From a bacterium (GTDB lineage Bacteria; UBA8248; JACPRG01; G963555815), in assembly GCA_965218795.1 (NCBI GenBank), contig OZ244653.1, positions 3,328,001 to 3,392,000 on the forward strand: a DNA stretch of 64,000 bases, read 5' to 3'. The translations under genes and the position numbers were made by a program. The notes beneath the pieces were generated by a model. The model was not told where the DNA came from. It worked only from the letters and a program-made list of their open reading frames with translations, and ran no database searches. Shown here one piece after another: positions 36,067 through 45,285 of the stretch; positions within the stretch are counted from its first letter, which is position 1; every line of letters begins with the position of its first letter.

Positions 36067-36936
36067 ATGGACCTTGAAGCCAGGGCTCAGCTGGATCCCG
36101 TCCGCCGGCTGCCCGCCGAAGAGACCCGCCTCCTCCAATTCTTTCGGGGTTTGAAGAAAGCCGACTGGACCGGTCCGACGATGTGCGGAAACTGGACGGT
36201 CGACCGCCTTGCGACACACCTGGTCATCACCGGCGAATACCTGTGCGAATCCGTCTGGACCGTGCTGGACGCCCCGCGCTCGGCCGCCTCTTTTGAAGCT
36301 CCCCTCCCATTCGGCGCCGCGGACCGAGACGAATTTCTCAATTGGTGGCGAGGCGAGATCAAGCGCCTCATGGCGGCCGGTACAAATGTCCAATTGGACG
36401 AACTGGAAAAATCCGCTGGAGAGCTCCAAGCCCAGCTCAGCCGAATCGATCCCGGGAATGCCTCGTTCCCATTCTGGCATCCCTCCGGGGAAGCGACTCT
36501 GGGCGACATCCCGACCTTCCGGCTCTTCGAGCTTCAATTTCACGAATGGGACTTGCATGCGCCGGAGAATCCGGGCGTTTCGCTCAACCAGCCCATGCTC
36601 CCCCTGATGGCCGACCGGCTGCCGCGGATGCTCGGCCGGTACGCGCGGCTGCGAACGGAACCCAATCAGGCCGGCGGCCGCGTCCGTATCCTTCTCACGG
36701 AGCCGGGCGGAAACTTCCTGTTGGACTGGAGCGGAAAGGACAGCCGCTCGGTGATAGACGACGGCGGGGACGTGGCGGTGACGCTGACCTCGACGTCAAC
36801 CGCCTTTCTGCTGCTCCTTACAGGGCGCGCGGAAAGGAGCCGATGCGAGAAAAAGGGCACGTTCCATCTCCTGGGCGACGCCGGGTTGGGAGCGGCGCTG
36901 GCCGATGTGCTGTTCCAGCCGGCCCATTATCTGTAG
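36067..36936 (+). CDS. MDMPI (maleylpyruvate isomerase/DinB-like) metal-binding family protein
   Basis: DWTGPTMCGNWTVDRLATHL, RLFELQFHEWDL, SCP2-like C-domain LLLLTGR. Confidence 0.85.
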   Translation: MDLEARAQLDPVRRLPAEETRLLQFFRGLKKADWTGPTMCGNWTVDRLATHLVITGEYLCESVWTVLDAPRSAASFEAPLPFGAADRDEFLNWWRGEIKRLMAAGTNVQLDELEKSAGELQAQLSRIDPGNASFPFWHPSGEATLGDIPTFRLFELQFHEWDLHAPENPGVSLNQPMLPLMADRLPRMLGRYARLRTEPNQAGGRVRILLTEPGGNFLLDWSGKDSRSVIDDGGDVAVTLTSTSTAFLLLLTGRAERSRCEKKGTFHLLGDAGLGAALADVLFQPAHYL

Positions 36937-36960
36937 CAAGGGCCTGGAAGCTTCGTGACG

Positions 36961-37000
36961 TGGTGGAGACGGGGGGGATCAGTCTCTGCTGAACTCCCCC
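36961..37000 (-). other. tmRNA/tRNA-Ala-like 3'-end fragment (possible att scar)
   Basis: Minus strand GGGGGAGTTC[10 nt]GATCCCCCCCGTCTCCACCA: T-arm plus acceptor strand ending in CCA; no 5' half nearby. Confidence 0.5.
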
Positions 37001-37173
37001 GAGCGTACCGGCAGAGCCGGGTTTTCAAGGGATTGCAGCTTTACGACGGTCATAGCCCCTCCATTGAGCAGAGGGTTATGCGAAGAGACCCTGAATCTGC
37101 GGCAAAATGGGGAACTTTTACGTCACACGAGGACAGCCGGATGGCTAAAAGTGGTCATCTGGGAAATCCCGGT

Positions 37174-37202
37174 TTGACAGGTTTGGTCGCAAGGTGTATA
37201 GA
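37174..37202 (+). promoter_or_regulatory. candidate sigma70 promoter upstream of amt
   Basis: TTGACA-17 bp-TATAGA. Confidence 0.4.
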
Positions 37203-37543
37203 TTCGGCCAAATGGCAACGAGGGGTCGGTGCGGGTCTGTCCACATTTGAAATTGGAAATTCCGGTTAAAGATTGCAGGCCGACATTCTCTGGACGCGGC
37301 GCGCTGGGCTATAGCCGCAGTTATAATCATGGCTCTACTCATCCTTTGGGGAGGCTAGGTGGACTGACCATCCATCGCGGGAACAGTGGGACTTGCTCTC
37401 CCACCAGGGAGGCTTTCGTCATCGTTAGATGAAAGAAGCTTAAGAATTCTCCCGAAAAGCTTAGGACGTGATGATTGTTCCCGTCCTTGTTGTGCGTGAG
37501 ATGTAAGACCGTTGGACCGTCAAGCGAAAGTGAGGGAAAGGAC

Positions 37544-38875
37544 ATGCCGAAAAAACAACTGAAGATTGTCTTTTGGGGGCTGCTCATCGCGACGCTCGGC
37601 GTTCTGGTGCCGCCGTCACAAGCCGTGGCTCAGGGCTCGTCGTCCCTCAGCGCCGGCAACACCGCATGGCTGCTCACCTCGACGACGCTGGTCCTGTTCA
37701 TGACCCTTCCCGGCCTGGCGCTGTTTTATGGCGGCCTCGTCCGCGCCCAGAACGTTCTGTCGGTCCTGATGCACTGTTTCACCATCTGCTGCCTGGCCTC
37801 GGTCCTGTGGCTCGTCGTCGGTTACAGCCTCGCCTTCGGCGACGGGGGCTCCGCCAACGCGTGGATCGGCGGTCTCGACAAGGTGTTTCTCGTCGGCGTC
37901 GGTCTCGACAGCATGAGCGGCGACATCCCCGAGACCGTCTTCTTCATGTTCCAGATGACCTTTGCGATCATCACGCCGGCCCTCATCGTCGGCGCCTATC
38001 CGGAGCGGATGAAGTTCTCCGCCATGTTCCTTTTCACCGCCCTGTGGATCCTCGTCGTGTACGCGCCGATCACCCACTGGGTGTGGGGCGGAGGCTGGCT
38101 CGCCGAGCTCGGGATCATGGACTTCGCCGGCGGCCTCGTCGTGCACCTGAGCGCCGGCACGGCGGCGATCGTTGTCGCGCTTCTGCTCGGCCACCGCAAG
38201 GGCTTTCCAACGGACGTCAGCCCCCCCCACAACCCGGGCATGACGATGACCGGCGCGGCCATGCTCTGGGTCGGCTGGTTCGGTTTCAATGCCGGCAGCG
38301 CGTTAGCCGCCAACGGCAGCGCGGGCATGGCGATGGCGGTGACCCACATCGCGGCGGCCACGGCCTCCCTGACGTGGATGTTCTCCGACTGGATCAAGAC
38401 CGGAAAGCCCACCCTCGTCGGCATCGTCACCGGCGCCATCGCGGGCCTGGCGACGATCACGCCGGCATCCGGCTTCGTGGGGCCGATCGGCGCCGTCGTC
38501 ATCGGCTTCGCCGCCGGTATCGTCTGCTCCTGGGCGGTCCAGGAAAAGGTGCTGATCCGGAACAAGTACAAGGTCGACGACTCCCTCGATGTCCTCGCCG
38601 TGCACGGCGTGGGCGGTGCGTTGGGCATCATCCTGACCGCGATCTTCGCCGCCGAAGTTTTCGGCGGCGTCGGTCTGGCCGAAGGTGTGACGATCGGCAA
38701 GGCGCTGGGGGTTCAGATTCTGGGCGTGGCGGCCACGCTCATCTGGACTGCGGTGCTGACCTATATCATCCTCAAGATCGTCAACGCTCTCGTGGGCCTG
38801 CGCGTTGATGAGGAACACGAGGAGCAGGGCCTGGATCTCGCGGTCCACGGCGAACGGGGCTACGAGCTGCTCTGA
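37544..38875 (+). CDS. amtB: ammonium transporter
   Basis: PGLALFYGG, FQMTFAIITPAL, DFAGGLVVH, WFGFNAGS, DDSLDVLAVHG (twin His). Confidence 0.96.
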   Translation: MPKKQLKIVFWGLLIATLGVLVPPSQAVAQGSSSLSAGNTAWLLTSTTLVLFMTLPGLALFYGGLVRAQNVLSVLMHCFTICCLASVLWLVVGYSLAFGDGGSANAWIGGLDKVFLVGVGLDSMSGDIPETVFFMFQMTFAIITPALIVGAYPERMKFSAMFLFTALWILVVYAPITHWVWGGGWLAELGIMDFAGGLVVHLSAGTAAIVVALLLGHRKGFPTDVSPPHNPGMTMTGAAMLWVGWFGFNAGSALAANGSAGMAMAVTHIAAATASLTWMFSDWIKTGKPTLVGIVTGAIAGLATITPASGFVGPIGAVVIGFAAGIVCSWAVQEKVLIRNKYKVDDSLDVLAVHGVGGALGIILTAIFAAEVFGGVGLAEGVTIGKALGVQILGVAATLIWTAVLTYIILKIVNALVGLRVDEEHEEQGLDLAVHGERGYELL

Positions 38876-39213
38876 TCCCGCGAGGCGTCTCCGCGGCCGT
38901 CGAGAGCCCGGGGGAACGGGGCCGCCGACCGTTCGGTCGTTCCATGTCTACGAACCATAGGGAATTCTGACCCATCCGATCTTTTTGCCGGACGGTTGGA
39001 AGCACCCCCATTGTGGCAAACGCGCATCAGATGTTGCGAATCTCGTCAACCTTGGAACGCCAGAAGCACTGGTTGTCCCGCGCGACCCCGGCTTCAATTC
39101 TGATCGACTGATTTCGTGAGACAAAAGCTCCAAGGAAAATGGGGAAGAATCGGACAGGTGCAGGACCTTTGAGGGATTCGGCCGGTCTTCGAAAAAGGAA
39201 ACACAAGGAAAAA

Positions 39214-39591
39214 GCCGGAGGGGATCTGTAAGCCGGGTTCTGTACCCCGCAGCAAGAACGGGGCTGCGGCCATCCATCTAGGGCCGCGGTTGCCCGCGGC
39301 CTCGAGCAGCCTACCCGGAAGCATCGGACGAGCCGTCCTCAAACGCTTCCCTATTTGGCCTTGCTCCGGGTGGGGTTTACCGAGCCGGTCCGGTCACCCG
39401 AACCGCTGGTGAGCTCTTACCTCACCGTTTCACCCTTGCCGGCCCCCGGAAACCGGGGACGTAGGCGGTCTGTTCTCTGTGGCACTTTCCCTGGGGTTGC
39501 CCCCGGTGGGCGTTACCCACCACCCTGCTCTGTGGAGCCCGGACTTTCCTCCCGCACGCATGGCGCCGGCGGCCGCACAATCCCCTCCGGC
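39214..39591 (-). ncRNA. rnpB: RNase P RNA, class A
   Basis: Minus strand GAGGAAAGTCCGGGCTCC, AGTGCCACAGAGAAC, GGGTGAAACGGTGAGGTAAGAGC, ACAGAACCCGGCTTA; ends pair as P1 (GCCGGAGGGGA). Confidence 0.97.
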
Positions 39592-39905
39592 TATCAATGA
39601 CGATCGGAGAACAATCCCTCTTACAATATAGTTCCTCGATGGGAAAAATTCACCAAGATGAGCCGGGGGGCGCTTGATAGAACGGAGAGGACATTCTGGG
39701 CGCGGACGCAGCGGGGCTTCCCCTCATACAGCCCTATGGACATCCTTTTTCGAATCGATGTAACCGGACAGGTGTCCGGGGAAGGATCAGGGTCAGCTGA
39801 CCCGCCAACAGCGCGAGCAGGCCAAACCGCAAGCTTGTCCGCCAAAAAGTTTCAGGGGGGGCGTCTTGCAATGAAGATCCCCAGGATTTTTGCTTGTACG
39901 GATCT

Positions 39906-40520
39906 TCACTCGTTCGCTTCATCGATCGCCCGGTTGGCCAGCTCATCCGCCTTGGAGTTCTTGTCCCGGTAGACATGCTCTACATGAAAGGAGTCCAGCC
40001 GGTCGATCAGTTTTCGGGCTTCCCGGTAGAGGCCCTTCAGGTTTGGGCTTTTGACCTTGTATCGCCCCTGAAGCTGGCGGGCGAGCAGCTCGGAATCGCA
40101 ATGAAACCGCACCTGCCGGACACCGCCTTGCAATGCGGCTTCGAGTCCCAGGAGCAAGGCTTTGTATTCGGCAACGTTGTTCGTCGTCTCGCCGAGATAG
40201 GCGGAAGCCTCGGCCAGGGAGCGGCCCGATTCATCGTAAAAAACCACCCCTGCTCCCGCGGGTCCCGGGTTTCCACGGGAGGCCCCGTCCGCGTAGAGAA
40301 TGACCGATTCGGCCAGCCCTTTGCCTTCCGCCAGAACGTTCTCTCCTTTTGCGGCAGAGTCGACGGGCGTTAGCCGTTCCGCTCCCCTTTCGAGGGCATG
40401 GCGGAGATCGTCCCGGCTCCATTCGGGATGGGATTGCAACACGCGGTCTACGTCCAAGGTTTCTGCGAGGGAGTTGAGAATTTCGGCAGCCTGGGAGATC
40501 TGCGGCTTCCGCCCGCTCAC
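39906..40520 (-). CDS. rnhA: ribonuclease HI with N-terminal helical extension
   Basis: YADGASRGNPG, TNNVAEY, CDSEL, HVYRDKNSKADELAN. Confidence 0.92.
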   Translation of the reverse strand: MSGRKPQISQAAEILNSLAETLDVDRVLQSHPEWSRDDLRHALERGAERLTPVDSAAKGENVLAEGKGLAESVILYADGASRGNPGPAGAGVVFYDESGRSLAEASAYLGETTNNVAEYKALLLGLEAALQGGVRQVRFHCDSELLARQLQGRYKVKSPNLKGLYREARKLIDRLDSFHVEHVYRDKNSKADELANRAIDEANE

Positions 40521-41275
40521 GCCTGGGAGGACTCTGCGGGGTTCGCGGCTTCGGCGGGCGCCTCCCCCTCGGCGAGGGCGTACAGAATGCGCATACAGTA
40601 AGGACAGTTCTTGATTTCGTCGCCGTGTTTAATCTCGTGTATCAGCTGGGGCATCAGGAGCTGATGGCAGCCGCCGCAACTGTTTCCGTTCAATGGAGAG
40701 ACCGCCCATCCTCGACTCGCTTTGATACGATTGTAGTTCGCCGCCCAATCGTCGTCGATATCCCTGGATAAGTGTTTGCGATCATTCTCCAGTCTGGCGA
40801 GACGCCCCTCGAGGACGGCGAGCTCCTCGCGCTTCGCCTTTTTCCGATCCTCCGCTTCGGTTTCTTTCTCCCGAACCCGAGCCGCTCCTTCGTCGATTTT
40901 GCCTCCGATCGCTTCGCCCTCTTCCATGAGCTCCAGGATTTCCGTTTCCAATCGGTCGATGTTCTCTTTCACCCCCTCGATTTCCTGGAGCAGGGCGCTG
41001 TATTCCTTATTGGTCTTCACTTCGAGCTGCTTGCCCTGGGTCTTGCGCATCCGCTCGCGCTCGGCTTCGAGGTCGGATTCGCGGCGCATCCGTTCACGCT
41101 CGATATCCTTTCTGCGGTTTTCCAATCCCGTCTGCTCACTGCGCGCGGCCTCGGCTTCCTCCTCGATGGCCTCCAGGGTTTTGGGGATCGCGCGCGCGCG
41201 TTCTTCCAGTTCAGCGATCTCACGCTCGACCTCCTGATATTCCCGCAGTCTTACAAGTTGATTTCGAGATTCCAT
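40517..41275 (-). CDS. coiled-coil C4 zinc-ribbon protein (CT398/DUF164-like)
   Basis: KTNKEYSALLQEI, CGGC...CPYCMRILY. Confidence 0.9.
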   Translation of the reverse strand: MESRNQLVRLREYQEVEREIAELEERARAIPKTLEAIEEEAEAARSEQTGLENRRKDIERERMRRESDLEAERERMRKTQGKQLEVKTNKEYSALLQEIEGVKENIDRLETEILELMEEGEAIGGKIDEGAARVREKETEAEDRKKAKREELAVLEGRLARLENDRKHLSRDIDDDWAANYNRIKASRGWAVSPLNGNSCGGCHQLLMPQLIHEIKHGDEIKNCPYCMRILYALAEGEAPAEAANPAESSQA

Positions 41276-41414
41276 ATCGTTCTTGCCCGAAAATGCAACC
41301 GGATAGGAAGGACGCGCCCCGTTCATCCTCAAGCCGAATGTTTCAGGCTCGCATCCCCGAGCCGTGGCGTCGATTCGCGCCGCTTGCAACATCTTTGAGA
41401 TTTGAAAATCTGTA

Positions 41415-41490
41415 TGGTGGGCCCGCCTGGATTCGAACCAGGGACCAACCGGTTATGAGCCGGCGGCTCTGACCACTGAGCTACGGGCCC
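41415..41490 (-). tRNA. tRNA-Ile2 (CAT, lysidine-modified)
   Basis: 76-nt cloverleaf GGGCCCG..GCCGG CT CAT AA CCGGT..TTCGAAT..CGGGCCCACCA; sequence type and position after rpoD resemble ileX. Confidence 0.9.
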
Positions 41491-41536
41491 CGAACCGCTG
41501 GAAATTCAATCTCCCATCGGTTGAGGATCTGCCATC

Positions 41537-43252
41537 TCAATCAGAAAAACTTCTCAGACGCTTGCTGCGGCTCGGATGTCGCAGCTTCCGCAACGCCTTG
41601 GCTTCGATCTGCCGAATCCGCTCCCGGGTGACGTCAAACCCCTGGCCGACCTCTTCCAGCGTATGCTCGTTGTCCAAACCGATTCCAAACCGCTTTCGGA
41701 GAACCTTTTCCTCCCGGGGTGTCAAGGTCTGCAACACGCGCAAGGTTTGTTCCTTCAGGTCCATCTTGACGACAGCGTCCGAAGGCGAGATGACCTGCTT
41801 GTCTTCGATGAAATCGCCCAGATGGCTGTCTTCCTCTTCGCCGATGGGGGTCTCCAGGGAGATCGGCTCTTTGGCGATCTTGAGGACCTTGCGGATCTTG
41901 TCCACGGGCATTTCCATCCGCTCGGCGATTTCCTCCGGCGTGGGCTCCCGGCCGTTTTCCTGGACAAGGTAACGGGAGGTCCGAACGAGCTTGTTGATCG
42001 TTTCGATCATGTGAACGGGGATTCGGATGGTGCGCGCCTGATCGGCGATGGCGCGAGTGATGGCCTGGCGGATCCACCACGTCGCATAGGTACTGAACTT
42101 GTATCCGCGTTGGTATTCGAACTTGTCGACGGCCTTCATCAGGCCGATGTTGCCTTCCTGGATCAGGTCGAGGAACTGGAGCCCCCGATTGGTGTACTTC
42201 TTGGCAATGCTGACGACCAATCTCAGGTTCGCTTCGGCGAGCGCCTTCTTGGCCTGTTTATCCTTGCTCCACCCGCTCTTGATCCTCTTCACCGTCTCGG
42301 CCAGATCCTCGCGCGTGGCGCCGATTTCCTGCTCGATCTTCTTGATGCTTCGCTGGTGGGAGCGGATGCGGCGATCGAACTCCGCCAGGATTTCAACCTT
42401 GTGCTGGCCCTTCTTTTTCCGTCCGGTCCTTTTGGTTTCCCTCAGGATCCGGCGCAACCCGGGAAGATCGAGATCGACTTCCTCCAAAAGGGCCTGAATC
42501 TGCCGGTCGTGAGATTGAATCTCATTATATCCCTTGGTGGCCAGTTGAATGAAACGACCCACCTGACGCAGGGATAGCCCGATCTCCTGAATCAGCTCGA
42601 CAATGCGCTCCTGATTTTTCTTGATGGTTTTCATTGCGCTGGCGGAGGCTCCTGAATTCTGGGCCTTCTCAATGCGCCGGTAGGCGCTTCGGATCTTGCT
42701 GATCAACCCCGATACACGCGCCTTTTCCCGTTCCTCTTCCGTCTCGCCCTTTTCCTCGACGTCATGGGAGCCTGTGATGTCCATCGTCCGAATTCGACAT
42801 TCCCGCAGCGCTTCTCCCAAGCCAATGACCTCCTGCATGGCCACAGAGGTGGAGATGGCCGCTTCAATCACATCCATCTGCCCCTCTTCGATCCGCTTGG
42901 CAATCTTGATCTCGCCTTCGCGGCTCAGCAGGGGGATGGAACCCATCTCCCGCAGGTACATCCGGACGGGATCATCGGTCCGGCCGAGGCTGGCGTCATC
43001 CACCCGAAATTCCCGGTCCGGCTCATGCCGCTCGCCGTCGGAGTCCATGGACGCGCCGTGCTGAAATTCCTGATCCTTGTCAATGACATCAATGTCGACC
43101 TCCCCGAACACCGACATGATGTCGTCAATCTGTTCCGGCGAAACCACCTCCGGGGGCAGGAAATCGTTGACCTCCTCGTAGGTGAGATAGCCCTTCTCCT
43201 TGCCCAGAGAAATCAGCTGCTTGACCTCGTGAAGTTTTTCCTGATTCGACAT
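41537..43252 (-). CDS. rpoD: RNA polymerase primary sigma factor
   Basis: Region 1.1 [59 protein letters not shown]. Confidence 0.98.
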   Translation of the reverse strand: MSNQEKLHEVKQLISLGKEKGYLTYEEVNDFLPPEVVSPEQIDDIMSVFGEVDIDVIDKDQEFQHGASMDSDGERHEPDREFRVDDASLGRTDDPVRMYLREMGSIPLLSREGEIKIAKRIEEGQMDVIEAAISTSVAMQEVIGLGEALRECRIRTMDITGSHDVEEKGETEEEREKARVSGLISKIRSAYRRIEKAQNSGASASAMKTIKKNQERIVELIQEIGLSLRQVGRFIQLATKGYNEIQSHDRQIQALLEEVDLDLPGLRRILRETKRTGRKKKGQHKVEILAEFDRRIRSHQRSIKKIEQEIGATREDLAETVKRIKSGWSKDKQAKKALAEANLRLVVSIAKKYTNRGLQFLDLIQEGNIGLMKAVDKFEYQRGYKFSTYATWWIRQAITRAIADQARTIRIPVHMIETINKLVRTSRYLVQENGREPTPEEIAERMEMPVDKIRKVLKIAKEPISLETPIGEEEDSHLGDFIEDKQVISPSDAVVKMDLKEQTLRVLQTLTPREEKVLRKRFGIGLDNEHTLEEVGQGFDVTRERIRQIEAKALRKLRHPSRSKRLRSFSD

Positions 43253-43308
43253 GGGACCTTCCTTATTTCCAAGCATCTCCCCGTAGCCTCCGCTTGCCCA
43301 TCCAGGCC

Positions 43309-45249
43309 CTAGCCTGTGGAAGAGGCCTCCGTCATCCCTTGAATTTGCTTGACTTGGTGATGAAGCTCCGCTTGTTCCTTCCGCATGTCTTCCCGTTCTC
43401 TCAACAGGGAGAGGACCTCGTCGTCGTCCCCCCGCCGCTTGGCTTCGCTGACCTTCGACTCCCAATTCTGAATCCTGCGCTTCAATCCGTCCCTTCGAAT
43501 TCTGGCCAGACATTCCAGCGCAGCGCGGTCCGCCTCTTCTTCCCAAAACGGAGGCGTCATGGCCAACTCGGTGGCAAGCCGTTCTTCATTCGGATCCTGC
43601 AACGAAGAAACAACGGATTGGACCAGATCGCCCTCTCCGCTGCCCCGATGCTCGATGACTGCGGCGGCAATGCCGGCAAGAGCCGGAGTCGAGAACCGGG
43701 CGGGGGATATCTCCAGCCGATCCGCCAAATCCGGCTGATTCAGCAAAAGCTGCACGAGCATTTTCTCCGCCGGCGGAAGGGCCTCGGTCCTCGCCTTGAC
43801 CTCGACGGCCGCCTGAACGCGCTCATCCCGGCGTCCCCGCGATTGAAGGATCCTTTCCGCCAAATCCTCATCGATTTCCAGCCGCTGGCTGAGCTTCCGA
43901 ACGTACTCCCGTCGAACGGCTTCCTGCTGGCCGGAGAGGAACGATGCCGCCTCCTCGAGGGCCCGCACTCTCCCCTCGATGGGAGCGCCCTGCGGACAGG
44001 AGGATACGACCCCTTCCAACAGATAATCGATGAGATTTTCGGCATTCTCCAGCAGACCGTTGAATGCTTTTTCTCCGTGGACGCGCACGAAGCTGTCCGC
44101 GTCCTCCCCCGGCGGCAACGTCACGACCTGCAACGCCATCCGGTTCCATCCTCTTGCGCCGCCCGCCGACCCCAGTAATTTGGTCAATTCATCCCCGGCG
44201 CGCCACTCTCCCGGCAAGCCCGTCTGCTGATACTCCCCGAGAAGCATGGCGCCTCCCCGGCGGGCCGCACCTTCTCCGGCCGTATCGGGGTCAAAGCAGA
44301 GGAGAATCTTTTCACTCAACCCTTCTCGCCGAAGCGTGCGCACATGGTCGGGCGTCAAAGCCGTGCCCATCGAGGCCACGACATTGCGGATACCGTTCTG
44401 GTGCAGGGCGATCACGTCAAAATAACCTTCCACCAGCAATGCCGTGCGGCTGGCTCGAATCGCCTCACGGGATTGATGAAGGCCGTACAGTGTCCGGTTC
44501 TTTCTGAAGATGGCCGTGTCGGGTGAATTGAGATACTTGGGAGCGCCGTCCTGACCCCCGGCATCTGAATCCTCTTCCATCATCCGCCCGCCAAACCCGA
44601 GAACCGCACCGTTGGGAGAGTGGATGGGAAACAGAATCCGATCCCGAAAAACGTCGTAATAGCCATCCCGTCCGGATATCGGCTTGGCCAATCCCGCAGA
44701 TACAATCATTTCCGGGCGGGCTCCCCGGCGGGTCAGGTTTTCGAAAAGATTGCGCCAACCGACCGGGGCGAACCCCATGCCGAACGTTTCCACGGAATCC
44801 TGAGATATCCCCCGCTCGGACAGATACTTCCGGGCGCCGGCACCCGTCTTCGATCGGAGCGCGTCCTGATAGAATTCGGCGGCCCATGCATTGACCTTCC
44901 GAATCTCTTTGTCCTTGCGCTCCTCGGCCCTGTCCTCCGTGGTTTCCCGCCTTGCCGCCGGAAGGGAAATTCCCGCCTTGCCCGCCAAGATCTTCACCGT
45001 CTCGGGAAAGGTCAGATTCTGGTGAAGCATGAGGAACTTGAAGATGTCTCCTCCGCGGGAGCAACCGAAACAATGAAAGATTCGCTTGCCCGGATGGACG
45101 TTGAAGGACGGCGTTTTTTCTTCATGGAAAGGGCAAAGCCCTTTGTAATTGGCCCCTGCCTTCTTCAGCGCGACGGACTGGGAGATCAACTCGACAATGT
45201 CCACCGAGTCGCGAATCCGGGCCAGGATCTCATCGGAATAGGAGGCCAT
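43309..45249 (-). CDS. dnaG: DNA primase
   Basis: [35 protein letters not shown]. Confidence 0.98.
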   Translation of the reverse strand: MASYSDEILARIRDSVDIVELISQSVALKKAGANYKGLCPFHEEKTPSFNVHPGKRIFHCFGCSRGGDIFKFLMLHQNLTFPETVKILAGKAGISLPAARRETTEDRAEERKDKEIRKVNAWAAEFYQDALRSKTGAGARKYLSERGISQDSVETFGMGFAPVGWRNLFENLTRRGARPEMIVSAGLAKPISGRDGYYDVFRDRILFPIHSPNGAVLGFGGRMMEEDSDAGGQDGAPKYLNSPDTAIFRKNRTLYGLHQSREAIRASRTALLVEGYFDVIALHQNGIRNVVASMGTALTPDHVRTLRREGLSEKILLCFDPDTAGEGAARRGGAMLLGEYQQTGLPGEWRAGDELTKLLGSAGGARGWNRMALQVVTLPPGEDADSFVRVHGEKAFNGLLENAENLIDYLLEGVVSSCPQGAPIEGRVRALEEAASFLSGQQEAVRREYVRKLSQRLEIDEDLAERILQSRGRRDERVQAAVEVKARTEALPPAEKMLVQLLLNQPDLADRLEISPARFSTPALAGIAAAVIEHRGSGEGDLVQSVVSSLQDPNEERLATELAMTPPFWEEEADRAALECLARIRRDGLKRRIQNWESKVSEAKRRGDDDEVLSLLREREDMRKEQAELHHQVKQIQGMTEASSTG

Positions 45250-45285
45250 GTTCGCTCTATCTCCGGTCCCCGCGGACGACCCCGC

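Noticed and set aside
35035-36558. 507-aa minus-strand ORF (likewise 6982-8463, 21958-23106, 37573-38808)
   Set aside because: Shadow or alternate-frame ORFs over genes with clear motifs.
37200-37543. Glutamine riboswitch, sigma54 promoter or glnK upstream of amt
   Set aside because: No convincing TGGCAC-N5-TTGC, riboswitch consensus or PII ORF was seen.
41415-41490. tRNA-Met/fMet call
   Set aside because: Paired G1-C72, no three G-C pairs in the anticodon stem, and the sequence type and rpoD context favour Ile2.
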